From a virus, in the UHGV virus genome UHGV-1366990: DNA of 64,000 bases. One strand, given 5' to 3'. Of this stretch, positions 47,027 through 55,576 are shown piece by piece (within the stretch, counting starts at the first letter, position 1; the number at the start of each line of letters is the position of its first letter). The position numbers were made by a program, and so were the translations under genes. Below the pieces are notes generated by a model. That model did no database searches. It was not told where the DNA came from and saw only the letters and a program-made list of their open reading frames with translations.

Positions 47027-48637
47027 TTACTCTTTGGTGCCGAAATTACCACCATTGTCTTTTAATTCTGCCTTGATGTCAATCTCACCCGGACCCGTAG
47101 GGGATGCAGGGGTTGCACCTGACAGAGAAGAAGCGCGACCAGCACCTTCGGCATATATGATGTTACCATTGATCGTCTGAGCGACAGTCAGTTTGTCAGC
47201 GATTATCTCAGTCGTTAGAATCTTAGGAACCTTCAATGTCCCACCGACCTCCAGAGTCTCGCAGATAATGCGCAGAATATTCTGCGCTTGCATTTCCGCT
47301 AGGTCACTGAATTTCATCAGCGCTGTGCCCGCAACCACGTTGGAGTAATTGTTGGAATGCAAATGATAGACCTCACCTGTCTTGCGCTGAACTTCAGTTC
47401 CTTTGACCGTCAGGTTGTGGTCCCCGCCGACATAATAACGCTTGTTGAACATCGTCAGGTCATAGTGGTCTTTGACGGACTTGTTGACCACATCACCATC
47501 CGGCAACATTTGCTTGTAAGACCCAGACTTATGCATCCAATGAAGACGTTCACCACCAGGGGTGTCATCCACTTCCATAATATGCCCAGCTCGGGACACC
47601 ATGACGTTATTGTACGGGTATTTAGATCCACCCGCAGCCGGAACCATGGTTTCTCCAGTGTTGTCAATATCCTGTACTCGCCCAGTAGGAGCCGGAGTCG
47701 GTTGTTCCTTTGGAGTACGATCTGGGATAGGTTCTGACCATTTACCATTCTGCTGCGCAGGCGCGGCTGTGGCTGTGTTAGCAGGACCAGGCCAACGATA
47801 TCCCAAGACCGAAGAACGTCTGAAACGACTGACCTTCACTGAATCGGATTGGTTGCCACCAATACACCAGACATAGTTTGCATCGAACTTCTGCACAAAC
47901 GCTACGTGTCCAAATGTGGGGTTGTTACCACGCCGGAAGACTACGATAGCGCCATATTGTGGTGCTGACAGTGGAGTGCCCCATGTAAGGTAAGATCGGG
48001 CAAGAGCGGAGCGCGTAGACGTGTATCCAGCCTGTATCATAACCCAACCCACGAACGCCGCACACCACGACACTTCATCTTCAGAAGCACCAAGGGAGGT
48101 TGTCTTGTGATATTCTATAATGCGCGGGTTGTTGTTGAACTTTCCAGCGTACTCCTTGATACCCAATTCGCCACGAGCGATTGTCATCCACTTCTCTGGA
48201 TCATACCCGCCAACAGGTGGTTGTGGATCTGGTTGTGGTTCGTCTTCTTGTTTCACAGGAACGTCAGTGACGGCGTTGTACGCCTGACGTTCCACAGATT
48301 GAACGACCTGCCCGAGAGCCAGCGGGTTTGTGTCGGCGCCATCAGTAGGGCTTGAACCAGTCCAAGTCCAGGTGATGCGTAAATTCTGGTATGCTTCGTC
48401 AAGGGCGAACCCCATAACCTCAGTGCCAGGAATGATACCCGTTGGAGACCAACCTAAACCAGCAGAGGAGGCGTTTGAAGCAGGCATCAGTACCTTCGCC
48501 CATGGGAGTTTGTCCGTAGGCAGGAGGACGGGATCGTCGGTGTGTACGCCATATATGCGAACAGCAACTCGCCCATTTTGGTCTGGATCGTTGACATCTT
48601 CAACGGTGCCGTAAAACCATCTCATATTGTCTAACAT
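47027..48637 (-). CDS. 5: Baseplate hub/tail-puncturing protein (gp5-like) with CHAP/NlpC-P60-like domain
   Basis: N-terminal OB region resembles T4 gp5; central SWCAAFVGWV...GHVAFV Cys/His motif; C-terminal beta-helix-like region. Confidence 0.75.
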   Translation of the reverse strand: MLDNMRWFYGTVEDVNDPDQNGRVAVRIYGVHTDDPVLLPTDKLPWAKVLMPASNASSAGLGWSPTGIIPGTEVMGFALDEAYQNLRITWTWTGSSPTDGADTNPLALGQVVQSVERQAYNAVTDVPVKQEDEPQPDPQPPVGGYDPEKWMTIARGELGIKEYAGKFNNNPRIIEYHKTTSLGASEDEVSWCAAFVGWVMIQAGYTSTRSALARSYLTWGTPLSAPQYGAIVVFRRGNNPTFGHVAFVQKFDANYVWCIGGNQSDSVKVSRFRRSSVLGYRWPGPANTATAAPAQQNGKWSEPIPDRTPKEQPTPAPTGRVQDIDNTGETMVPAAGGSKYPYNNVMVSRAGHIMEVDDTPGGERLHWMHKSGSYKQMLPDGDVVNKSVKDHYDLTMFNKRYYVGGDHNLTVKGTEVQRKTGEVYHLHSNNYSNVVAGTALMKFSDLAEMQAQNILRIICETLEVGGTLKVPKILTTEIIADKLTVAQTINGNIIYAEGAGRASSLSGATPASPTGPGEIDIKAELKDNGGNFGTKE

Positions 48638-48671
48638 ATTGAATTCCGGTTGTCAAACAAGGATTTGAAGG

Positions 48672-48679
48672 TATTTATG
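48672..48679 (-). promoter_or_regulatory. Late-promoter-like CATAAATA (minus strand) upstream of gp5-like gene
   Basis: Plus-strand TATTTATG; same ~35-nt spacing to start codon 48637. Confidence 0.45.
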
Positions 48680-48745
48680 CGCAGCTGATTTTGCCTTATA
48701 TACTATAGGAAGCTCTGCTTCCGTTCATTTTATTTGTTTTATTCG

Positions 48746-48765
48746 ATCCTATTCGCTTCGCTCAT
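48746..48765. repeat. Inverted copy of the 20-bp element at 5230..5249
   Basis: Reverse complement identical to 5230..5249; preceded by shared 11-mer TATTTGTTTTA (48731..48741; 5220..5230). Confidence 0.8.
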
Positions 48766-48973
48766 CAAACCGCCCTATGCGGGCAGCACCATTCCAATGC
48801 CATGGAGGCATAAGGGCGAGGCAATAACTGTACACCCCAGAACACTCCTTGAAAAATGGTATTTTACTGACAATCTGATTCAAAACAGACAAACACCAAC
48901 AAATGACTCGGGAACAAGCCCATTATAGCAATTTCAGGTAAAGAGAGTGCGTGTTAACCGATTTTACAGTTAA

Positions 48974-49001
48974 GCCAATAAAAATCCCGCCGAAGCGGGA
49001 T
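48974..49001 (-). terminator. Minus-strand rho-independent terminator
   Basis: ATCCCGC/GCGGGAT stem followed on the minus strand by TTTTTATT. Confidence 0.5.
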
Positions 49002-49149
49002 TACTGTTTCTTAGACAACCTGACCTTGAGGGCTTCGGTTAACAAGTCAAGATGCCATGGCATCGACTCGTTGATTTCAAATATACTATAGCCGTGTAAC
49101 TTCAATTCATCACACATCACGAAGTAGGATAATAAATCAGTTTCAAACA

Positions 49150-49956
49150 TTAAATGAAAATTTCATTAATACTATTGAATTCGATTTTGTGCTCCTTACC
49201 ACATTTCGGACACTTGATCGAACTCTTGTAGTGGATGCGCGGTATTTTGTGGAAGAAGTTCTTCGTAATGCTGTCAATAACATCTGATTCGATGTTATCC
49301 TTCACCCACTCAACAAACGCTTCTTTCACACGGCGGCGCTCAGTAGCCTCTTCCGGAGTGATCCCGATTTCTTCAGGATTCTCAACCTTCCACACCTGAC
49401 CGTCATCATCGTACAGACAGTCGATAAAGGTGGCCAGCATCATCTCAACGCTTACAGCATCAGACATTGCCGTAGCGTCCGAGAAGGAAGGTTGGCGCAT
49501 CTTGAGGTGATATCCACCTGGCAGGTCAAACGTCTCCCGGAAGCCGTCCTGAGCAATGCATTTGACGTTGTTCAACGGGATAGGTAGAGTCAGTTCCTGC
49601 TCACAGGGAACCATCTGGTGCTTTTCTTGACCATCTCCCAGATCGATCGTTTCTTCAATCTGATTATTACACTTATAACGAATCTTCATCAATTCACCGA
49701 TGGAGATCATGCGCATGCGGATGAACACTTCCTCAACAACGCCGATTGGCAGTTTACTGAAAGGTGCGCCTGCATTTACACACTCGCTAAAGAGACTCTC
49801 CATCATGGCCGCGCGTTCTTCAATCGGCGTTTGCGGATCTGACACCTGAAGTAATAAAGTTTGTTGCCCCGCAGTAAAGGCGCGATATTTGATCACAGTA
49901 GGCCAAAAGTCGCTTTTATATGTCTTTTCTGTTCTGGGCAATGATGGTAAATTCAT
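49150..49956 (-). CDS. Hypothetical protein with C-terminal zinc ribbon (CPKCGKEH)
   Basis: Internal ATG (MNLPSLP) of minus ORF 49150..50070 with RBS GGAGA. Confidence 0.6.
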   Translation of the reverse strand: MNLPSLPRTEKTYKSDFWPTVIKYRAFTAGQQTLLLQVSDPQTPIEERAAMMESLFSECVNAGAPFSKLPIGVVEEVFIRMRMISIGELMKIRYKCNNQIEETIDLGDGQEKHQMVPCEQELTLPIPLNNVKCIAQDGFRETFDLPGGYHLKMRQPSFSDATAMSDAVSVEMMLATFIDCLYDDDGQVWKVENPEEIGITPEEATERRRVKEAFVEWVKDNIESDVIDSITKNFFHKIPRIHYKSSIKCPKCGKEHKIEFNSINEIFI

Positions 49957-49999
49957 AATGTATCTCCACGGTATATTGTAAGAGTAATTATAACGAGGA

Positions 50000-50530
50000 A
50001 TGAAAATGCGCGGATTTTGTTTTAGTGAAATAGGCAAAGAACTGTCTATACAATATCCCGATCCCAACACAGACTTCTTTATCTTCCTGACCGATTATGC
50101 CAAGAAAGAGAATATCCTCCATGTGGCAATGAAACACGAAGATTATAAGTTCTGTCGGCTGGGTGTCAAAGACCTGCTGCGTTATGGTCTACAAGTGGTC
50201 ATCGTAGACCCATACTACAGCCCTATCGACGATGAAGAAGTTCTACCCGTATATGTTCACCGCAACATCAATACATTGGAAAAGCATTATCCAGATTGTA
50301 TTGTCATCGGCGAACTCATCTCGTATTATCATCGTGTGCGAAAGCTGGAACAGATTAAAAGTTATTTTCAAGAGGGTGTTGGTCAATATAAGATGAATGC
50401 CCTTAGTAGTGGATGGATGGTGCTGTCTTCAGCAGGCAGTGCTGACTATATTAAGATGCGTGTCTACCAATACGTTGTGGAGCGCGATTATGAACTGGAG
50501 AAAAGTAATGCAAAACGAAAAACCCGTTGA
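50000..50530 (+). CDS. Hypothetical protein (start 50000 or 50006)
   Basis: 176-aa ORF, divergent from minus gene. Confidence 0.55.
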   Translation: MKMRGFCFSEIGKELSIQYPDPNTDFFIFLTDYAKKENILHVAMKHEDYKFCRLGVKDLLRYGLQVVIVDPYYSPIDDEEVLPVYVHRNINTLEKHYPDCIVIGELISYYHRVRKLEQIKSYFQEGVGQYKMNALSSGWMVLSSAGSADYIKMRVYQYVVERDYELEKSNAKRKTR

Positions 50531-50999
50531 ACTTGCTCCGATTGAGGAAGTACAACAACACGTCCTGGACCTTATGAAACACACAGTTTCTGATGCCGAA
50601 GGTAAAGTGCCGGATGAGTTCATCGGTGCGTTCGATCAGGTGGCTTTCGATACCGAGGGAGTTCCTTTGATCCAGACGATCGCTGGTATGGTTTTGTTTG
50701 AACCGAAAGCAGTAGAAAATGGCGTAATCGTCTACTCAGCCAACATTGGTGTGGACGGTGAGTCCCTGTCTCTCGAAGTTAGCAACATTGCTAAGTACCT
50801 GATCAAGTGTGGTTATGATCTGCAGGTTGTGACAGCCCACTACATCGATCCTCAGGGGCAGATCTCCTACGGTGATGAAGCGCGCAAAGTGAAACGCCAC
50901 ATCGACACTACCGTGATCCTGCAGAGTATCCAACAGATGCAGAAGAACCTGGACCACCCTGGTCTGATCCTGCCTGATAGCAAAATCATCACCCGTTAA
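50508..50999 (+). CDS. Hypothetical protein
   Basis: Internal ATG (MQNEKPV) with RBS GGAG; overlaps upstream gene by 23 nt. Confidence 0.55.
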   Translation: MQNEKPVELAPIEEVQQHVLDLMKHTVSDAEGKVPDEFIGAFDQVAFDTEGVPLIQTIAGMVLFEPKAVENGVIVYSANIGVDGESLSLEVSNIAKYLIKCGYDLQVVTAHYIDPQGQISYGDEARKVKRHIDTTVILQSIQQMQKNLDHPGLILPDSKIITR

Positions 51000-51005
51000 C
51001 CCGGC

Positions 51006-51050
51006 GTAAATAGCCCATACACCAATGAAACTTCGTTATGGGCTATTTAC
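51006..51050 (+). promoter_or_regulatory. Perfect 14-bp inverted repeat (17-nt loop) abutting start codon of resolvase-like gene
   Basis: GTAAATAGCCCATA ... TATGGGCTATTTAC then ATG at 51051. Confidence 0.6.
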
Positions 51051-51641
51051 ATGAAATATTGCGGAATCGACTACTCCTATGGCTGTCCATCCCTGTGCTT
51101 CTGGGATGACAAAGACCCTCTTGATTTTGATCATCTGCGCTTCTACGCATATTATACTGTGGAGAAGTACTGTACTCAGATTCGTCAGAACATCCTTATT
51201 ATGAAGCAACCGAAGTGGGAGACCCCAGAAGAACGCTTCTATAATATCTGTAAATGGGCTGAGGCTGTCCTGTTGACTGAGAAGCCGGATGCGATCACTC
51301 TTGAAGGGTATGCTATGGGCAACTCTAAGAACTCCAACAACATATGCCAGACCGCAGAGAATACCTCACTGTTGAAGCAAGCCCTGCGCCGTAACAATTT
51401 CGACTTCCAGATCGTAACGCCATCACACGTGAAGAAGATGTTCACCGACAAGGGCAACGCGGATAAACACGCCATGATCGCTCACTTCGAGTCACTGTTC
51501 AATGTTAGCATGCGCGGTATAATGGATATGTTGGAAGTTAAGGATCCTAAGCCAATCGATGACCTCGTGGATTCGTTTGCGATAATGGCTTGTGGCTCTT
51601 ACTTCATTGAGAATAATCCAGACTTCAACAGAGGTGTATAA
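51051..51641 (+). CDS. Putative RuvC-like Holliday junction resolvase
   Basis: MKYCGIDYSYG, DAITLEGY, ADKHAMIAH, DSFAIMACG resemble the carboxylate motifs of RuvC-family resolvases (by-eye). Confidence 0.55.
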   Translation: MKYCGIDYSYGCPSLCFWDDKDPLDFDHLRFYAYYTVEKYCTQIRQNILIMKQPKWETPEERFYNICKWAEAVLLTEKPDAITLEGYAMGNSKNSNNICQTAENTSLLKQALRRNNFDFQIVTPSHVKKMFTDKGNADKHAMIAHFESLFNVSMRGIMDMLEVKDPKPIDDLVDSFAIMACGSYFIENNPDFNRGV

Positions 51642-51952
51642 TGGTCGATTATTGGTTGTTGGCGAACTTCCTGACGTTCGCTTTGTTGTTAGTGGTTGTC
51701 TTGGTCTGGGTGAAGTCGTTCTTCACTCTGGTTCATGCGTATGTGTACCAGATCAACTTCTACACACTGTCACCACATCGTGACACGAACGTTCGTGCCG
51801 ATCAACAGGCCGAGGCTATCCTCTCATATCAGTTCATCCACATGCGCGATAAAATGATCAAGCGTGTAGTGTTTTCTACAGTGATGTTGCTGGTTATCAT
51901 TATGGTACGTTTCGTGCTGACAACCGTGGGGGTGTTCCATGCCGCTGTATGA
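51641..51952 (+). CDS. Membrane protein (two predicted TM helices)
   Basis: Hydrophobic N- and C-terminal segments; TAATG overlap. Confidence 0.55.
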   Translation: MVDYWLLANFLTFALLLVVVLVWVKSFFTLVHAYVYQINFYTLSPHRDTNVRADQQAEAILSYQFIHMRDKMIKRVVFSTVMLLVIIMVRFVLTTVGVFHAAV

Positions 51953-52184
51953 TTATCAATGCAAGGGCTGTGGTAACGCGATGACACTGCGTAAATCTAT
52001 TGCAGATCGCCATGAGCCTGAATCCAACCCCTGCACTGAGTGCGGAGGGGAGATTAAAATGATCGTGGGTGCTCCCAAGATTGTCTCTGGGGTAAAGGGA
52101 CCACAATCAGCTCCAGACGGCTTCAAGGACGTCTTGCGTACGATAAAGAAGGGTTCGGGTAAGGGGAACACAATCGATGTCTGA
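51939..52184 (+). CDS. FmdB-like zinc-ribbon protein
   Basis: MPLYDYQCKGCG...CTECGG. Confidence 0.6.
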   Translation: MPLYDYQCKGCGNAMTLRKSIADRHEPESNPCTECGGEIKMIVGAPKIVSGVKGPQSAPDGFKDVLRTIKKGSGKGNTIDV

Positions 52185-52422
52185 CGAAAAACAGCCAGCG
52201 CTTGTGATGACACCAGAATTATTTTCTGAAATCGTCCTACTACGCGCCGCCCAAACCAAGGATAGTATCCTTGAGACTCTGGCAGCTGTCTGTGAAGAGA
52301 ACGACATAGACGAGACCAAAGTCAAAAAGATGATTACAGCACCATTGTTGTCACGACTGACAGCTGAGTGCTCCGATGCGCGCCTGATCAAAGACGCGCT
52401 AAAGTCCAAGAAATTAGTGTAG
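52177..52422 (+). CDS. Hypothetical protein
   Basis: 81-aa ORF. Confidence 0.5.
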   Translation: MSDEKQPALVMTPELFSEIVLLRAAQTKDSILETLAAVCEENDIDETKVKKMITAPLLSRLTAECSDARLIKDALKSKKLV

Positions 52423-52429
52423 GTCTATT

Positions 52430-52669
52430 ATGAGCAAAGAATCAATTTACAGCGCAATGAAAGCCTCCGAGTTCCTTCCTGGCTCTATGCGCTGGCGTGT
52501 GGGTAGCCTGAACGAGCATGCCGACCAGACGGATCGTATTCGTTACGTTACCCCTGATGGTCGCTCATACGTCGTTGAGTATCACACGCACGACGAAGGC
52601 AAGAAGACGTTTTCGGACGTGTTCGACATTATTGAAATTGACCCAGCAAATCAAGTGCTTAAAGGTTAA
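52430..52669 (+). CDS. Hypothetical protein
   Basis: 79-aa ORF. Confidence 0.5.
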   Translation: MSKESIYSAMKASEFLPGSMRWRVGSLNEHADQTDRIRYVTPDGRSYVVEYHTHDEGKKTFSDVFDIIEIDPANQVLKG

Positions 52670-52768
52670 TTCAATATAAGATCGGGGTATAATTACCCCG
52701 CTTTGTAGAAAACTGAAAATACATGTAACAGAATAGCCCTGAGGGGCGGAAACAGAGGAAATTAAGAA

Positions 52769-53785
52769 ATGGGTAATTTATTCGATCGTCTGAAAGCGTC
52801 CCGTGGCCAGCAAACTGAAGCTATGCAGGCGCGTCTTGCACAGCAAGGCCAGAAGTCCGGTTTCCAGAAGGATCCTCGCATCTGGAAATGGACTTGGAAT
52901 AAAGATGGTATCTCCGAGAACATCATCCGCTTCCTGCCAGTCCCGCTGGTAGACCTCAAGGCACAGGAAGAAGGGACGATCGATAAAGATCAGATCCTCA
53001 CCCCTTGTGCCATGATCATGAAACATCAGTTCCAGGGACCTGGTGGATGGTACATTGAGAACTCACCTCAGACGTTCGGCAACGACGATCCGGTGCGCGA
53101 CCATGACCGTCCGCTGTGGGCGCAGCAGAAAGAAACGAACGACGAAAAGCTGAAGGACATCCTGAAGAAACGTCTACCCGACACCAAATACTACGCTAAC
53201 ATTCTGGTGATCAAAGATGTCAACGTACCGGAAAACAACGGCAAGGTCTTCCTGCTGGAATTTGGTAACGCCATCAAGAAAATCCTGGATCAGGCGCAGA
53301 ATCCTAAGTTCCCAACCGACCCTAAATTCGATCCGTTTGATCTGTGGGAAGGTGCCAACCTGAACCTGAAGCTCTTTGGCGAGCAGAAGAAGTTTGGGAA
53401 CTGGGAAGGTCTGGTGGCAAACTTCAGTAAGGTGGTGTGGGAGAACCCTGCCCCGCTGAGTGATGACGAAGCGTATATGGAAGACGTCTGGTCTCGCGAG
53501 CACAGCCTGTTTGAATTCTTCAATCCGGCTAACTTCAAAGACTACGACTCCCTGGAAAAGCGCCTGCGCAAAGTTCTGGCAATCCCTGATGACCAACCTC
53601 TGGTTGAAGGTGGTGCAGCCACGATGGCTCATGCTCCTAGCACCCAGACTACACATCAGCCAACTGCTCAAGACAGCCTGAAACAGCAACAGGCCGCGCC
53701 GTCGCAGGCTCAGACTCAGTCTCAACCGAATGCCAGAAACACGGCTTCCATTGACGAATTCGAGCAGTATCTCAAGTCTAACTGA
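52769..53785 (+). CDS. 32: Single-stranded DNA-binding protein (gp32-like)
   Basis: YANILVIKDVNVPENNGKVFLLEFG and NPAPLSDDEAYM match T4 gp32; acidic C-terminus. Confidence 0.85.
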   Translation: MGNLFDRLKASRGQQTEAMQARLAQQGQKSGFQKDPRIWKWTWNKDGISENIIRFLPVPLVDLKAQEEGTIDKDQILTPCAMIMKHQFQGPGGWYIENSPQTFGNDDPVRDHDRPLWAQQKETNDEKLKDILKKRLPDTKYYANILVIKDVNVPENNGKVFLLEFGNAIKKILDQAQNPKFPTDPKFDPFDLWEGANLNLKLFGEQKKFGNWEGLVANFSKVVWENPAPLSDDEAYMEDVWSREHSLFEFFNPANFKDYDSLEKRLRKVLAIPDDQPLVEGGAATMAHAPSTQTTHQPTAQDSLKQQQAAPSQAQTQSQPNARNTASIDEFEQYLKSN

Positions 53786-53791
53786 TCAACA

Positions 53792-53818
53792 AGCCATCTT
53801 CGGATGGCTTTTTATTTT
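53792..53818 (+). terminator. Rho-independent terminator after gene 32
   Basis: AGCCATC/GATGGCT stem followed by TTTTATTTT. Confidence 0.65.
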
Positions 53819-54756
53819 CCCATCACGTCTTGCAATATTCCCAAAAGGCTTGTCTTCTCCGCCGCCGTCAGGTTATCGTTACCCATGATGTCACGAGAGA
53901 TACCTACCGAGATGCGCTCGAAGTCCTGTATGCTTATTCCAGCCAGGTTGTTTACAAGTTGGTCAAGCTGTTTGTAAGCCAGGAGAGCCTCTCCTGTGAA
54001 GTTCCCTTCTTTCACCTTGCGATAAAGCTGTCCAGCTTTTGAGGCCGCAGTTTCCCAGTCACCACTGGTAAGAGCGTCAGCAATGCCGAGAGGAAGAAAA
54101 TCGCTGGAAAGGCTGCGTGTTTCATATTCTGTCTCCGAAAGCACTTTGTTGTAAGAGAAAGAAATGTTGTACTGGTTGAACTGGTCTGTGGCGCCTTTAT
54201 CCAGCTCAATAGAACTGAAATTTATTGGGTGAGCCTCGACGATGTAGACGCGATGGACCACTTGATCTTCGGTGTCAAGCTGTTCAATGCATATGTCAGT
54301 CACGAAGTCTTCGTAATATCCCATTTTGGTGGTGTGTGGATCAAAGATCAGACTCTTCCACTTGTCCATCACAGACTTCTCATAATAGTCATTGGCTAAT
54401 AAGAATGACAAGTCGAGGTCGACGTTGGACTTGTTGTTCGGCATCTTGATGTGATTACCGTTGTTTGTCATTGGAGTGGTGTCGATACCAACCCCTGGCA
54501 ATGAGGCAACCATACACATCATCTGAAGGGAACGGGACGTCTGGTTTGTCCCTCCAAAGAAAGCGTTTACAATACGGGCTGACTGCTTAAACAAGTCACC
54601 GAAAGATGAATTGGTTCTGTACGCCTTTCCGTCATTAGCCAGAGAGGCATTGGAGTCAAAGATCCCTGGTGGTAGAGGGATGGTCACTCTGAAGCGGTTC
54701 TTGCGCGACAAGCCCCGCTGTAATATCTGTGTGATAAAATTGCGATAGTCTTCCAC
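53812..54756 (-). CDS. Hypothetical late protein (possibly structural); GTG start
   Basis: 314-aa minus ORF; perfect TATAAATA 35 nt upstream plus GGAG RBS. Confidence 0.6.
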   Translation of the reverse strand: MEDYRNFITQILQRGLSRKNRFRVTIPLPPGIFDSNASLANDGKAYRTNSSFGDLFKQSARIVNAFFGGTNQTSRSLQMMCMVASLPGVGIDTTPMTNNGNHIKMPNNKSNVDLDLSFLLANDYYEKSVMDKWKSLIFDPHTTKMGYYEDFVTDICIEQLDTEDQVVHRVYIVEAHPINFSSIELDKGATDQFNQYNISFSYNKVLSETEYETRSLSSDFLPLGIADALTSGDWETAASKAGQLYRKVKEGNFTGEALLAYKQLDQLVNNLAGISIQDFERISVGISRDIMGNDNLTAAEKTSLLGILQDVMGK

Positions 54757-54790
54757 GGTGAGGACTCCACTTAAATAAAATAACTGTTAT

Positions 54791-54798
54791 TATTTATA
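54791..54798 (-). promoter_or_regulatory. T4-type late promoter TATAAATA (minus strand)
   Basis: Plus-strand TATTTATA; 35 nt upstream of minus GTG start 54756. Confidence 0.6.
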
Positions 54799-54809
54799 GG
54801 AGTTGACAA

Positions 54810-55514
54810 ATGGCAAAGAATGCAGCTGGCGAAGAAGATCCGTTGCTGTTTCCGGCCGAGATGGACGCCCCCGAGCTGGTCAAGCGTTACATCCGCAAGT
54901 ACCGTCAACACTTCGGTCCAGAGGCGAAGCGTAACATCCGCCGTTCGCATGTGTGGTTCATGGAGCGTGTGTCTAAGGACGCCAACCTGAGTCCCAACCA
55001 TATGAAACAGGCGTTTTCTGATCACAAACGTCCGGTACAAGGTGTGCGGTATATAGTCGGGCGTATGTTCTATTTCAAATATGATGCTCTGACGAAGAAT
55101 GAACTACCCTACTGGGATATGTACCCTCTGGTGTTCTTCTTCAACTTTGTCAAGGGTGATGGTATCACCTTTGGAGAGAAGGGTGTGACATACCTCTGGG
55201 GGCTCAACATGCACTACCTGCCACCGAAGCTCAGGCTGTTGGTGTTTGAGGATCTGATCAAGTTGCGTAACGAACGGGCATACCGCTCAAAGACGCGTCT
55301 GAAGCTCACCTGGGAAGCCCTGAAGCGCTTCGCCAACCATCCGCTGTACAATCACTGTGTGAAGCTGTACCGTGCCGATCAGTTCCGTTCACAGCTTTAC
55401 GAGATTGAGCCACAGTACTGGGAGATCGTTCTCTTCATGCGCACTGCCCGCTTCCAGAAACAGAGCCAGATGTCTGTGTGGAAAGATGCACGTCGTATGC
55501 ATAAGAAGAAATAG
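54810..55514 (+). CDS. Hypothetical basic protein
   Basis: 234-aa ORF, RBS AGGAG. Confidence 0.6.
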   Translation: MAKNAAGEEDPLLFPAEMDAPELVKRYIRKYRQHFGPEAKRNIRRSHVWFMERVSKDANLSPNHMKQAFSDHKRPVQGVRYIVGRMFYFKYDALTKNELPYWDMYPLVFFFNFVKGDGITFGEKGVTYLWGLNMHYLPPKLRLLVFEDLIKLRNERAYRSKTRLKLTWEALKRFANHPLYNHCVKLYRADQFRSQLYEIEPQYWEIVLFMRTARFQKQSQMSVWKDARRMHKKK

Positions 55515-55576
55515 TTCTATAACCCGTTCCGAGGGATAATTCGTGAACAGGTAATCCTAAATGATGAGGCTATAAC

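Noticed and set aside
48734-48928. 64-aa ORF in the large non-coding gap
   Set aside because: No RBS and overlaps repeat elements; treated as non-coding
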